Assembly: GCA_036012755.1 (NCBI GenBank)
Contig: DASCPX010000087.1
Span: 1 to 64,000, forward strand
Direction of reading: 5' to 3'
DNA from: Myxococcota bacterium
Lineage (GTDB): Bacteria > Myxococcota_A > UBA796 > CAJQPC01
Length of the DNA: 64,000 nucleotides
The notes below the pieces were generated by a model, which saw only the letters and a program-made list of their open reading frames with translations, did no database searches and was not told the origin of the DNA. A program made the translations under genes and the position numbers. Below are positions 15,615 through 24,864 of this stretch, in pieces; position 1 is the stretch's first letter; each line of letters opens with the position of its first letter.

Positions 15615-17701
15615 ACGAGGTCCTCGACCTGGTCCCAGAAGTCGCCGAAGTGCACGCGGTTGACCTGCTTGCCCATCTTGATCATCTCCATGCCCACCGC
15701 GCGGACGACGTGGCGCTGGTGGACCGCCGTGTCCTCTGTGGCGGCGAGGATGCAGGCGTTGATCGCGGCGTTGACGATGGGGCCGCCGCTGAGGATGAAC
15801 TGGTCGGCGATGTAGTGGAGCTCTACGTCGTCGGCTCTCGGCGCTGCCTTCGGGATGGCGCGCTCCCAGAGCTCCAGGCGCTGCTCGGGGCTGGGCATCG
15901 GGAACTCGACGACAGCGCCGAAGCGGCGGAGGAAGGCCGCGTCGATGTTCTCCTGGAGGTTGGTCGTCAGGATCGCCGCGCCCTCGAAGACCTCGAGGCG
16001 CTGGAGCAGGAAGCTGACCTCCTGGTTCGCGAAGCGGTCCTGGGCCTGCTTGACCTCGCCGCGTGAGCCGAAGAGCGCGTCGGCCTCGTCGAAGAGGATG
16101 ACCGCCGTGCCCCCCTCTGCCGCGTCGAAGATCTCCTTGAGGTTCTTCTCGGTCTCGCCCACCCAGCGAGAGATCACCTGGGAGATGTCCACCTTGAACA
16201 TGTCGAGGCCCAGCTGGTTTGCGATGACCTCTGCGGCCATCGTCTTGCCGGTGCCCGGACCGCCCGAGAAGAGAGCCTTGATGCCGTAGCCGCGCGCTCG
16301 GACATCTCGAGCGCCCCAGCGGTGGAAGACCGTCTCCTGGTGCTCGATGTAGTCGACGAGACCCTGGAGCTTGCCCTTGACCTTCTCCTCGAGGATGAGG
16401 TCGTCCCACTGGTAGCGAGGCACGACGTGCTGGGCGAGGCCGCGAAACTCGGGGCGAGCGCCCTCTCGCGCCGCTGCCCAGAGGACCTCCTCCTTCGGGG
16501 GCCGTCCACCGGACTCGGCGTCGGCCCGCTTCATCACCCGGTCGATCGTGGTTCCGCCGATGGCGTAGAAGCGCTCCGCGATCTCGGGGGCCGGCGTGGG
16601 GTCCCAGCCGCGCTCCTCGAAGGCCTGCGTCCAAGCGTCGATGCGCTCCGGGAAGGTCGACTTGCCACACATGATCGTCACGCTCGGTCGATCAGTGCCC
16701 AGCAGGGTCTTCACGCTGCGACGGTCCGCGGCGCCGACGAGCACCGGGCAGTCCAGCGAGGCCAGGGTCGAGCCCAGGGCGATGACCCTGAGGCGCTGAC
16801 CCGGGTCGTCCTGGGCCTCGATGAGGTTGATCAGGTAGGGGATCGCTCGGGCCAGGCGACACTCGCGGATGAGGTCCCAGGGCTGCTCGAGGTACTCCAT
16901 GCAGCGCTCGAGGTCCACGCGCACCAGCGGGCGCTTCACCCGGCGCGCGATCTCCAGGGCCACCCCCTCGCGGGAGCCCTCTGCGGCGCCGACGATGACG
17001 TAGGTGATGGCGCGGTCGAGCTCGTCGAACTCCTCCAGCCGCCTCTTCGTCGAGCCCGGCACGAAGGGCGAGATGCGCACATCCAGGGGGACGAAGCCCG
17101 GCGAGGAGGGCAGCTCCTCCTCCTCCAGGAGCCACCGGAGCAAGCGGCCGCTGGGATGGACCCGCCTGGAGGTGTGGGTCTCGGCTCCGTCCGGCGGATT
17201 CAGCAAGAGCAGGCGGTTCTTGACCAGCGGCGAGGCCGACATCAGGCGGGCCTGGAGCTGGAGGCGCTGGATGCGCTCGGTCCGCAGCACCCGCGTCGCC
17301 AGGTCGACCGTGAGGTAGCCCTGGTTCAGGTTGTCGTTGAGGTAGGCGAAGATCTTCGAGTACCCGGCGCTGATCTCCGGAGCCAGGGACAGGAGGATGA
17401 GGTCCGCGTCGTCGCCGCCGAGCTGGAAGGCCTGGCGGAGACGCTGGAGGCGCCCACCCGGAGCGTCGCGCAGGCTCTCGCTGGCGCTGATGGCCGCGCC
17501 GAGACCGACGCTGGTCTCGGGGTAGTCGATCTCGCCGTGGGCGCGCAAGAGCGCATCGACCTCGTCGTCCGTGATGACCGAACCCCAGAACTGGCCCTTG
17601 GCCCGCATGGCCGGACGGGCGCGCTGGCGACGCACCGCGCGCAACAGCAACAGGTCGGTGCGTCGCAGTCTCCGGGCGAGCTCTTCGTAGACGGTGGACA
17701 T
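15611..17701 (-). CDS. eCIS AAA+ ATPase (Afp15/Pvc15-like)
   Basis: LAPEI...KIFAYLND...YLTVDLA N-terminal module; WDDLIL, LFSGGPGTGKTMAAEV, SRWVGETEKNL, LFDEADALFG.R, DRFANQEVSFLLQRLE, AFLRRF. Confidence 0.92.
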   Translation of the reverse strand: MSTVYEELARRLRRTDLLLLRAVRRQRARPAMRAKGQFWGSVITDDEVDALLRAHGEIDYPETSVGLGAAISASESLRDAPGGRLQRLRQAFQLGGDDADLILLSLAPEISAGYSKIFAYLNDNLNQGYLTVDLATRVLRTERIQRLQLQARLMSASPLVKNRLLLLNPPDGAETHTSRRVHPSGRLLRWLLEEEELPSSPGFVPLDVRISPFVPGSTKRRLEEFDELDRAITYVIVGAAEGSREGVALEIARRVKRPLVRVDLERCMEYLEQPWDLIRECRLARAIPYLINLIEAQDDPGQRLRVIALGSTLASLDCPVLVGAADRRSVKTLLGTDRPSVTIMCGKSTFPERIDAWTQAFEERGWDPTPAPEIAERFYAIGGTTIDRVMKRADAESGGRPPKEEVLWAAAREGARPEFRGLAQHVVPRYQWDDLILEEKVKGKLQGLVDYIEHQETVFHRWGARDVRARGYGIKALFSGGPGTGKTMAAEVIANQLGLDMFKVDISQVISRWVGETEKNLKEIFDAAEGGTAVILFDEADALFGSRGEVKQAQDRFANQEVSFLLQRLEVFEGAAILTTNLQENIDAAFLRRFGAVVEFPMPSPEQRLELWERAIPKAAPRADDVELHYIADQFILSGGPIVNAAINACILAATEDTAVHQRHVVRAVGMEMIKMGKQVNRVHFGDFWDQVEDLV

Positions 17702-17711
17702 CGCCGCCAGC

Positions 17712-18581
17712 CTACTTCAGAGCCGCGTCGAACTCCTCGATCAGAGGCTCCAGCGACTCCTGGCGGTCGACCTGGGCGAGCTGGTCGATGACCAGCGCGG
17801 AGCGCTCGGCGCTGGCGGTGTACTCGCCGACCACGCGCTGCTCGGCCCCGGTGATGATGTGGCGCTCGGAGTCGTAGGAGGCCGTGCCCTCGAGGTGGAC
17901 GACCACCTTCTGGTTCAGGCCGCGATTCGCCGAGTCCAAGGTCTCGAGGAGTCCATCTCCGTCCTGCTCGAAGACAACGAGGTCACCATCGGCCCCCTTC
18001 ACGGTCGTCTCGATCTTGACGGTGCCCGTCGCAGCCCCTCCGGGGTGACGGACCCCTGCGGAGCTCTTCTGCTTCCAGGAGCCCCCCGGGTCGACGCCGC
18101 CCTTTGGCATCTCGATGTCGAGCGGACCGACACCTCGAGCGACGAGGTCGCGCAGGAACTCCTGGGCGTCCGCTGTCTCCTTCGAGTCCTTGGGGATGCC
18201 CTCGACGTCGACGGACTTGAAGCGCCCGCTCGTGGTCACGACCAGCTGGATCGTCGCCCCCTGGAGGTAGCCCGCGTACTCCTCGAGGATGGCGTCGATC
18301 TCGGCCTGCTCGCGGCCCTTTCCGTGCCCGCTGAGCATCGCGCGCTCGACAGCGCAGTCGACCTGCTGGTCACGCTTTGTTGGCTCAGCTCCGGTGCAGG
18401 ACATCAACAGCAGCATCGTGACGTCGCCGAGGAAGGCGTCGAGATCCTCTCGAGCGTGGATCTGGATGAAGGTCCCGGTCTTCAGCCCCATCTGCACGCG
18501 GTAGTGGACGGGCTCGTCGGTGGGGAAGGTCGTCGAGAGCTCGGTCGCCTCGGCGGTCGAGAGCAGGATGGCAAGCAGCAT
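17712..18581 (-). CDS. Secreted hypothetical protein
   Basis: Signal peptide MLLAILLSTAEA; beta-rich; tightly packed in operon. Confidence 0.7.
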   Translation of the reverse strand: MLLAILLSTAEATELSTTFPTDEPVHYRVQMGLKTGTFIQIHAREDLDAFLGDVTMLLLMSCTGAEPTKRDQQVDCAVERAMLSGHGKGREQAEIDAILEEYAGYLQGATIQLVVTTSGRFKSVDVEGIPKDSKETADAQEFLRDLVARGVGPLDIEMPKGGVDPGGSWKQKSSAGVRHPGGAATGTVKIETTVKGADGDLVVFEQDGDGLLETLDSANRGLNQKVVVHLEGTASYDSERHIITGAEQRVVGEYTASAERSALVIDQLAQVDRQESLEPLIEEFDAALK

Positions 18582-18587
18582 GTTTCC

Positions 18588-20123
18588 TCAGAAGGACGAC
18601 TGGAAGCCGACACGCATACCCGCAGCGAGCAGGGGTCGGTTGGGCGGGTAGCCCTCCATCTCGTCGCCGTAGTAGCCGTTTAGGGAGACCTTGAACCAGC
18701 TCCCGATCCCCATCGGGATTCCGACGGTCACCCGGCCGCCGTAGCCGAGGTGTCCAGGTGAGAACCAACCGTACGTGGCTCCGACGAGCAGGGTGGCCTG
18801 CTTGTACTGGTTCGGCCGGATCACGTAGGCGCCAGCGCCCCCGTGGGCCTTCAGGTAGACAGGAGTCGACCCGTTGTCCGCCTTCGTGGCGCCGTCTTCT
18901 CCCGTGCCGAAGGCCAGGGTCTCCGTCGGGGTGATGTGCACCTCTGCCCCCCCGATGAGGGCGAAGTTGTAGATGCCCAACTCCAGGTCGAAGGCCCCGT
19001 TCGCGGCGCCGGCGAAGACCATCGTCGTGTCGGTGTTGACGCCGTGCCGGTCCGTCGTGAAGCGGAAGTTCGGCGTGCCCACCGCGCCGCCGCCGACCTC
19101 TGCGCCGACGGTGAAGGTGATGGCCTGCTTTTCGATGACCTCCGCGCCCTCTGAGTAGGGGACGACCTGGACCCGACCGTTGGCATCGAGCGCGGCGAGG
19201 TAGACTTCCCGACCGGGGTGCTGGGCGGCGAGCAGATCGACCCCGGTGATGACGTCGTTGGGCAGCCCGTCGAAGGCACCGACGCTCACCCGCCGGTCAG
19301 CCTGGGCGAGCTCCCGGTCGTCGACGAGCCGAGGCAGCTCGACGGCGAGGCCAGGGAGGATGTCCACCTCTCCGCGGCCGGTGACCAGCCCGTCGCGGTC
19401 GAAGTAGATCCAGTAGTGGCCGGGGCCGAGCTCGACCCGGTGACCCGGGCTCTCCTGGGGGCGAGCGTTGATCACCAGGGTGGTGCCCGGGGGCATGTCG
19501 GTGGTGTCCAGCACCCCGTGGGCGTAGCCCTGCCAGTCCTCCTGGAGCTGCTCGAGGACCTCTGCGGTCGCGGCGTTTGCGACCTCGGCCCTGGTGTAGC
19601 GGAACTCCGGAGCGAGGGCGACGGCCTCGACCAGGGCCCGGTTGGCGACCACCCCCGGCATCTCGATGCGGAAGGCGGCGGCGTCACTGCTGCTCTTGAG
19701 GTCGGGGGGGAGGAAGGCGAGGTCGACGGAGGCCCCGATCAACAGCAGCGCCTCGACGACCCGCGCCCGGTCATCTTCCGACTCGATGATGCCGATGGGC
19801 TCGAGCGCTCCCTGGACCTCCTGGGCGATGGAGAGCTCCACGTCGAAGTCGTCCCAGCGCTCGCGAGAGCGCCTGACTGCCCTGTCGAGGTCGTCGTAGG
19901 CCTTCTTGTCCGCGTCGTCGCGGGGCTGCGGCGGGAAGGCGAGGTCGTGGCCGGTGTAGACCTTGATGTCACCGCCGATGATCTTGCCGGCCTTCTTCTG
20001 GAGCTTCTCCTCTGGCAGGTCCTTCTCGACCCAGACGAGGACGGAGTTCTTGCCTCGGGTGTCCTGGGCGAGAGCGGTCGATGACAGCGCCATCAGCGCA
20101 CCGAACGACACGGCGATGAGCAT
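18588..20123 (-). CDS. Secreted protein with probable C-terminal outer-membrane beta-barrel
   Basis: Signal peptide ending ALA; PEGA-like middle; alternating beta strands ending GMRVGFQSSF. Confidence 0.7.
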   Translation of the reverse strand: MLIAVSFGALMALSSTALAQDTRGKNSVLVWVEKDLPEEKLQKKAGKIIGGDIKVYTGHDLAFPPQPRDDADKKAYDDLDRAVRRSRERWDDFDVELSIAQEVQGALEPIGIIESEDDRARVVEALLLIGASVDLAFLPPDLKSSSDAAAFRIEMPGVVANRALVEAVALAPEFRYTRAEVANAATAEVLEQLQEDWQGYAHGVLDTTDMPPGTTLVINARPQESPGHRVELGPGHYWIYFDRDGLVTGRGEVDILPGLAVELPRLVDDRELAQADRRVSVGAFDGLPNDVITGVDLLAAQHPGREVYLAALDANGRVQVVPYSEGAEVIEKQAITFTVGAEVGGGAVGTPNFRFTTDRHGVNTDTTMVFAGAANGAFDLELGIYNFALIGGAEVHITPTETLAFGTGEDGATKADNGSTPVYLKAHGGAGAYVIRPNQYKQATLLVGATYGWFSPGHLGYGGRVTVGIPMGIGSWFKVSLNGYYGDEMEGYPPNRPLLAAGMRVGFQSSF

Positions 20124-20125
20124 GA

Positions 20126-22072
20126 TCAGAACGTCGTCCCGATGCCAGCGGTGATGCCGAAGATGGGCTTGACCCTGCCCTCCTCGGCTTCGAGAGCGGC
20201 GATGTCGGTCTGGATCGAGTCCGCCAGCGAGACGGCCACCCCGCCGCGAAGGTCCGCGTCGATCATCGGTCGCACGCGCTTGGAGCCCTTGAAGGCGTCT
20301 ATCGGTGGCTCCAGCGACCAGCCGAAGTGGCCCATCGACACGAAGGCGTGGGGCAGGTTGGTCCAGCCCGCCGACAGGGCGAACCTCGGCCCGAAGCCCA
20401 GCGCGGCGTTGCGGCCGAGCAGCACGCCCACGTCGAAGTGGGTGTACCTGTTCCAGGCCTTGTAGTGGTAGACCTCCGGCCCGTTGATGGAGCCGTTGTT
20501 GCCCTCTTCGGCCGGGCCCTTCTCCACGACCCGCAGCTGGCCGTAGTCGGCCTTGTGCTCGGGGGTCCAGTAGCGCTCCACCCAGAGCCCCTCAGAAGAC
20601 ATGTTCCAGCCGAACTCCATGCCGAGCCCGACCATGAGGCGGTTGTAGTGGCCGCGCAGCATGAAGTCGACGGGGATGTGGGCCGACTGCAGGTCGACGT
20701 CGCCACGACTCTCGGCCTCGCCAGCCGGGTCCGTGATGCTGTTGATGTCGGAGTTGTCGACGGTCGTGTCCACCGAGAAGGCCGCGCCGTTGTACATGGC
20801 GCCCGCGCGCACGGTGACGGCGAAGCGAACGGGGAAGTCGTCGAGGCCACCGCCGACGAGCTGCAACGTGGCGGTCGGTCGGTCGTAGCGCCAGATCCAG
20901 ACCTTGTTCGGATCGCCGTTCTTGGGCACGGCGATGTAGATCTCGGCGTCCGAGTTCCCGGTCTTGATGGCCGAGTGCAGCTTCGCGTAGATGGCGAGGT
21001 AGTCGAGGATGTCGCCGTCGAGCGGCGGCGTGCACTCGTTCGGGTACAGCATGAGCTGGTCGATGAGGTCGTAGCCCATGCGCTTCCGAGCCTCGTTTCG
21101 CACGAAGTAGGCCTTCTCCTCGAACTTGTCGACGATGAGCTGGTCGGAGAGGCCGTGCCCGGTGTCCTGGCGCTTGAGGTAGATGTCCTGGCGTCCCAGC
21201 GGGACCTTGAACTGAGCCTCGTCGTCGGTGATCTCGACCTCCAGGCCGTTGATGAAGACCTGGTATTCCTTGGCGAACTCCTCAGAATCCCACTCGTTCT
21301 CCAGCTCGAAGTCCAGCGGGAAGAAGGGGAAGCGGCCTGAGTTCAGCGCGTCCAGGTAGTAGTTGACCTGCCCCCGGATCTCCATGTCGGTGAGCTTCGA
21401 CATGAGCGAGGGGTCCTGCCACGCCAAGGTGGCGGCCAGGTAGTAGTAGTAGTTCACCGACTGACCGCCGATCTGCTCGTAGTAGGGCGGGGAGGGGCTG
21501 TTCTGGTTCTCGGCCGCGTAGCCGATCATCGTGTAGAGGTGAAACAGCGGCTCCCGCTGCTCGACCTTCTCGACGAACCAGACGAGATCGATCATGCGCC
21601 GGAGCTTCTCTGCCTGCAGCCCCCACTCGCCGGGACTCATCGCGTCCCAGGGGATCGCCGAGGTCTTGCGGGCCTCGTTGGTGATGACGTCGAGGTTTGC
21701 GTCTGGCACCCAAGCGGCCTGGTTCCTCGGGATGACCGAGTCGTCCGGCACGCGCCGGCCGTTCTGGTAGAGGTCGACCGCCGGAAAGAACAGCGCGTTG
21801 GCGCGATCGATGCGGCTCTTCACGTTCCGCTGGAGCGCGCCGTCCTGGTAGTCCGTCGAGGTCTTGGGCCACTGGAGCACGACGACGCGCGCGGCCTTGT
21901 CCGCGAGCTTCTGGAGGCGCTCCTTCTCGGCCTCCGAGATCTCCTCCTCCTGCTCCTCCTTGTCCTTGCGTCCGAGGTAGGTCGCATCAGGCTCGGAGAG
22001 GCCCTCGCTAGAGGCCTCTGCGGTGGTCGGGGACAGCAGGATCCCGAATAGGATCAGGAAGGCGGAGAGCAT
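20126..22072 (-). CDS. Secreted protein with probable C-terminal outer-membrane beta-barrel
   Basis: Signal peptide ending AEA; C-terminal strands ending FGITAGIGTTF; start may be 22072 or 22078. Confidence 0.7.
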   Translation of the reverse strand: MLSAFLILFGILLSPTTAEASSEGLSEPDATYLGRKDKEEQEEEISEAEKERLQKLADKAARVVVLQWPKTSTDYQDGALQRNVKSRIDRANALFFPAVDLYQNGRRVPDDSVIPRNQAAWVPDANLDVITNEARKTSAIPWDAMSPGEWGLQAEKLRRMIDLVWFVEKVEQREPLFHLYTMIGYAAENQNSPSPPYYEQIGGQSVNYYYYLAATLAWQDPSLMSKLTDMEIRGQVNYYLDALNSGRFPFFPLDFELENEWDSEEFAKEYQVFINGLEVEITDDEAQFKVPLGRQDIYLKRQDTGHGLSDQLIVDKFEEKAYFVRNEARKRMGYDLIDQLMLYPNECTPPLDGDILDYLAIYAKLHSAIKTGNSDAEIYIAVPKNGDPNKVWIWRYDRPTATLQLVGGGLDDFPVRFAVTVRAGAMYNGAAFSVDTTVDNSDINSITDPAGEAESRGDVDLQSAHIPVDFMLRGHYNRLMVGLGMEFGWNMSSEGLWVERYWTPEHKADYGQLRVVEKGPAEEGNNGSINGPEVYHYKAWNRYTHFDVGVLLGRNAALGFGPRFALSAGWTNLPHAFVSMGHFGWSLEPPIDAFKGSKRVRPMIDADLRGGVAVSLADSIQTDIAALEAEEGRVKPIFGITAGIGTTF

Positions 22073-22197
22073 GGACAACCCCGGGACCGGGGGAGCTTAG
22101 CAGCCTGCGAAGGGGCGGGTCCGAACAGCCCCTCGAGGTTCCACTCGAGCCGTCTACGTGCTCCACTGTTGCTGGATCCACCTGGAAGGTCTCGAAG

Positions 22198-23727
22198 ATG
22201 CTGCTCATCCTCGTTCTCGGCTGCGGCGAGTTCGAAGGGGACGACCCCGGCGAGTGCTCTACTGGTTTCGACGAAGACGACGACGGTCTCACCGACTGCG
22301 AAGACCCGGACTGCGCGGGGAGCGCGGACTGCGAGGAGGACACTCCGCCCGTGGACACCGGTCCCTTCGACAGCGACGGGGACGGCTTTTCCGCCGCAGA
22401 AGACTGCGACGACAGCAACGCAGAGGTCCACCCGAACGCGCTCGAGGTCTGCGACGGCATCGACAACGACTGCGACGAGGCGATCGACGATCTCGAGCAG
22501 GCCTACCTCGACGAGGACGGGGACGGCTACGGCAGCGAGCTGGTCGAGGCCGACTGCGACACAGAGGGTGTCTCCGCGATCGGCGGGGACTGCGACGACA
22601 CCGACGCCTCGCGCCACCCGGAGGCCGAAGAGGAGTGCGACGAGATCGACCAGGACTGCGACGACCTCGTCGACGAGGGCCTCGAGTACACGACGACCTG
22701 GCCCGACGAAGACGGCGACGGCTACGGGGCCGAGGGGGAGGAGATCGAGACCTGCGCGCCGCCAGAGGACCACGTCGAACAGGGCGGGGACTGCGACGAC
22801 ACCGACGCCAACGTCAACCCGGACGCGGCGGAGGTCTGCGACGAGGTGGACAACGACTGCGACCCCTCGACCCAGGGCAGCGGGGTCAACTTCACGGACA
22901 GCTCCGGCACCGCGAGCACCCCCACCTTCGACGGCTCGGAGATGCGGCTGGGAACCGGCACGCTGGCGATCTGCGACGCCGGGACCTACGCGGCCCGCAT
23001 CTTCGCGACAGGAGACCTCATCATCGCCGGTGGGACCGGAGACCCCGCGGACGTGGTGCTCGACGGCGAGGGCGACCGGATCGTGGTCTACGTCTCGGGC
23101 TACGACCTCACCATCTCGGGCCTCACCATCACCGGCGGCTCGAACGAGGGCGGGGACGGGGGCGGCGTCCAGTGCAGCTCCAACGGCTCGGTGACCATGA
23201 GCGAGGTCGTCCTCACCGGAAACGAAGCCCGGCGCGGAGCGGCCTTCGCCGGCACCGGCTGCGACTTCTCGCTCGAGGACTCCCTCAGCACGGACAACAC
23301 CGGTGAGTACGCTCCCGGCGGCTACTTGCACGACGGCCGCTTGGACATGACCAACTCAGAGGTCAGCGACAACACCGCCGCCGAAGGTATCGGCGGTCTG
23401 TACATGGGCAACGCGCGCGGGACCTGGGACGAGGTCCTGCTCGCCGACAACACCGCCTACGGCGCGATCGGCGCCCTGTCCTGCAACCAGTGCGAGCTGG
23501 CCTGGACCGGGACGACCTCGACGACCAGCGGAATGCTGCGCAACACCTCCAACAACCCTGGCAGCGCGGCGATGTACATGCCCACGAACTCCTCGCTCGA
23601 GGCCGACGTGCTCGACCTCGGAGACGGCATCGACGACAACTACCCCCACGACATCTACTCGCTGAACGGCGGCTACTACGACGACGGGGACGACGTGAGC
23701 TTCTCCTGCTACGAAGGCTGCGAGTGA
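22198..23727 (+). CDS. Lipoprotein with MopE-type putative metal-binding repeats and a parallel beta-helix domain
   Basis: MLLILVLGC; repeated DxDGDG[FY]...DCDDxD...[HN]P.A.E.CD..DNDCD; DNTA/GGG beta-helix repeats. Confidence 0.85.
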   Translation: MLLILVLGCGEFEGDDPGECSTGFDEDDDGLTDCEDPDCAGSADCEEDTPPVDTGPFDSDGDGFSAAEDCDDSNAEVHPNALEVCDGIDNDCDEAIDDLEQAYLDEDGDGYGSELVEADCDTEGVSAIGGDCDDTDASRHPEAEEECDEIDQDCDDLVDEGLEYTTTWPDEDGDGYGAEGEEIETCAPPEDHVEQGGDCDDTDANVNPDAAEVCDEVDNDCDPSTQGSGVNFTDSSGTASTPTFDGSEMRLGTGTLAICDAGTYAARIFATGDLIIAGGTGDPADVVLDGEGDRIVVYVSGYDLTISGLTITGGSNEGGDGGGVQCSSNGSVTMSEVVLTGNEARRGAAFAGTGCDFSLEDSLSTDNTGEYAPGGYLHDGRLDMTNSEVSDNTAAEGIGGLYMGNARGTWDEVLLADNTAYGAIGALSCNQCELAWTGTTSTTSGMLRNTSNNPGSAAMYMPTNSSLEADVLDLGDGIDDNYPHDIYSLNGGYYDDGDDVSFSCYEGCE

Positions 23728-23730
23728 GGG

Positions 23731-24864
23731 CTAGTAGATGGTGGTCGTGGAGCTGAAGACCTCTTCGCCGAGCTCTTCGCCGTCGTCCGGCGTGAGCCCA
23801 CAGTAGACCTCGTCGCCAGACACGAAGACGTCCTTGAGCGTCGCGTTGCTCGAGACCTCGCTGCCCTGGATGAACCACCGCGTCTGCCAGCCGATGGGGT
23901 CATCGTCGTCGTCGAGGAAGACCCCGACGCAGGACAACGTCGAGCTCTCCGTCGGGGTCGTCGGCGAGATGTAGGCATAGTCGTCCTGGACCGTGGGCTG
24001 GCTGTTCAGCACGACCACGGCGTCGGAGAGCACCGCGTCCCCGTCGACCTCGCCATCGTTCGGCACGACCTCGACCTGCACCGAGTCCCCCTTCTCGGTG
24101 ACGGTCCAAGGCGCCGCGGCTCCCGAGCCGAAGTCCACGCGCTCGATCCCGTCGACGAACCACGTGTACGACAGGGTCACGGTGTCCCCGTCGACGTCGT
24201 CGCTGCTGGTGGTCGCGACGATGTTGTCCGTCGTCTTGGCGTCCCCCGGACCGATCGTGACCGTCACGGTCGGCTGACCGTTGTCGATGGTCGCGACGGC
24301 GCTCCCGGTGACCCCGTTGACGTTCTGGTCCCGGACCGTGAGCTCGAGGATCCAGATCTCGCCCCGGATCGTGTACTCGGCGGGCACGACCTCTGTGTCG
24401 AGGCCGGACTCCACCACCCCGTCGCGCTTCCAGACGAAGCGCTCGTCGAGCTCGTCCCCGTCCGCGTCCGTGGCATCCCAGACGGCGACCAGATCCTGGT
24501 CCGAGCGAGGATCCGCCGGGGCGATCTCGACGAACTCGAGCACGGGCAGGCTGTTGTCGATCGTCACGCTGTGGGTGACCACCACGCCCTCGTCGGTGCC
24601 GTCGAAGGCCACGGCCTCGCAGCGCCAGAGCTCGTGGGTCGAGGTCAGCTCGGACGACAGCGTGGCGCTGTCGGCGCCTTGCACCTGGAAGCCATCCCGG
24701 TACCACCGGTAGCGCACGGTGAACTGGTCACCGTCGGCGTCGAGGGGCTCGACAGTGATGGTGGCGGTCAGATCGTCCGATGCGCTGGGCTCGGTGGGGG
24801 TGATCTCGAAGTCGACCGCGGACGGCGGTGTGTTGGGCCAGCAGGCCAGGAGCAGGAACGTCAT
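23731..24864 (-). CDS. Lipoprotein with tandem Ig-like repeats
   Basis: MTFLLLAC; repeats N..P...I.P..P...DDL...D.DGD...Y.W..DG...DG..G. Confidence 0.8.
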   Translation of the reverse strand: MTFLLLACWPNTPPSAVDFEITPTEPSASDDLTATITVEPLDADGDQFTVRYRWYRDGFQVQGADSATLSSELTSTHELWRCEAVAFDGTDEGVVVTHSVTIDNSLPVLEFVEIAPADPRSDQDLVAVWDATDADGDELDERFVWKRDGVVESGLDTEVVPAEYTIRGEIWILELTVRDQNVNGVTGSAVATIDNGQPTVTVTIGPGDAKTTDNIVATTSSDDVDGDTVTLSYTWFVDGIERVDFGSGAAAPWTVTEKGDSVQVEVVPNDGEVDGDAVLSDAVVVLNSQPTVQDDYAYISPTTPTESSTLSCVGVFLDDDDDPIGWQTRWFIQGSEVSSNATLKDVFVSGDEVYCGLTPDDGEELGEEVFSSTTTIY

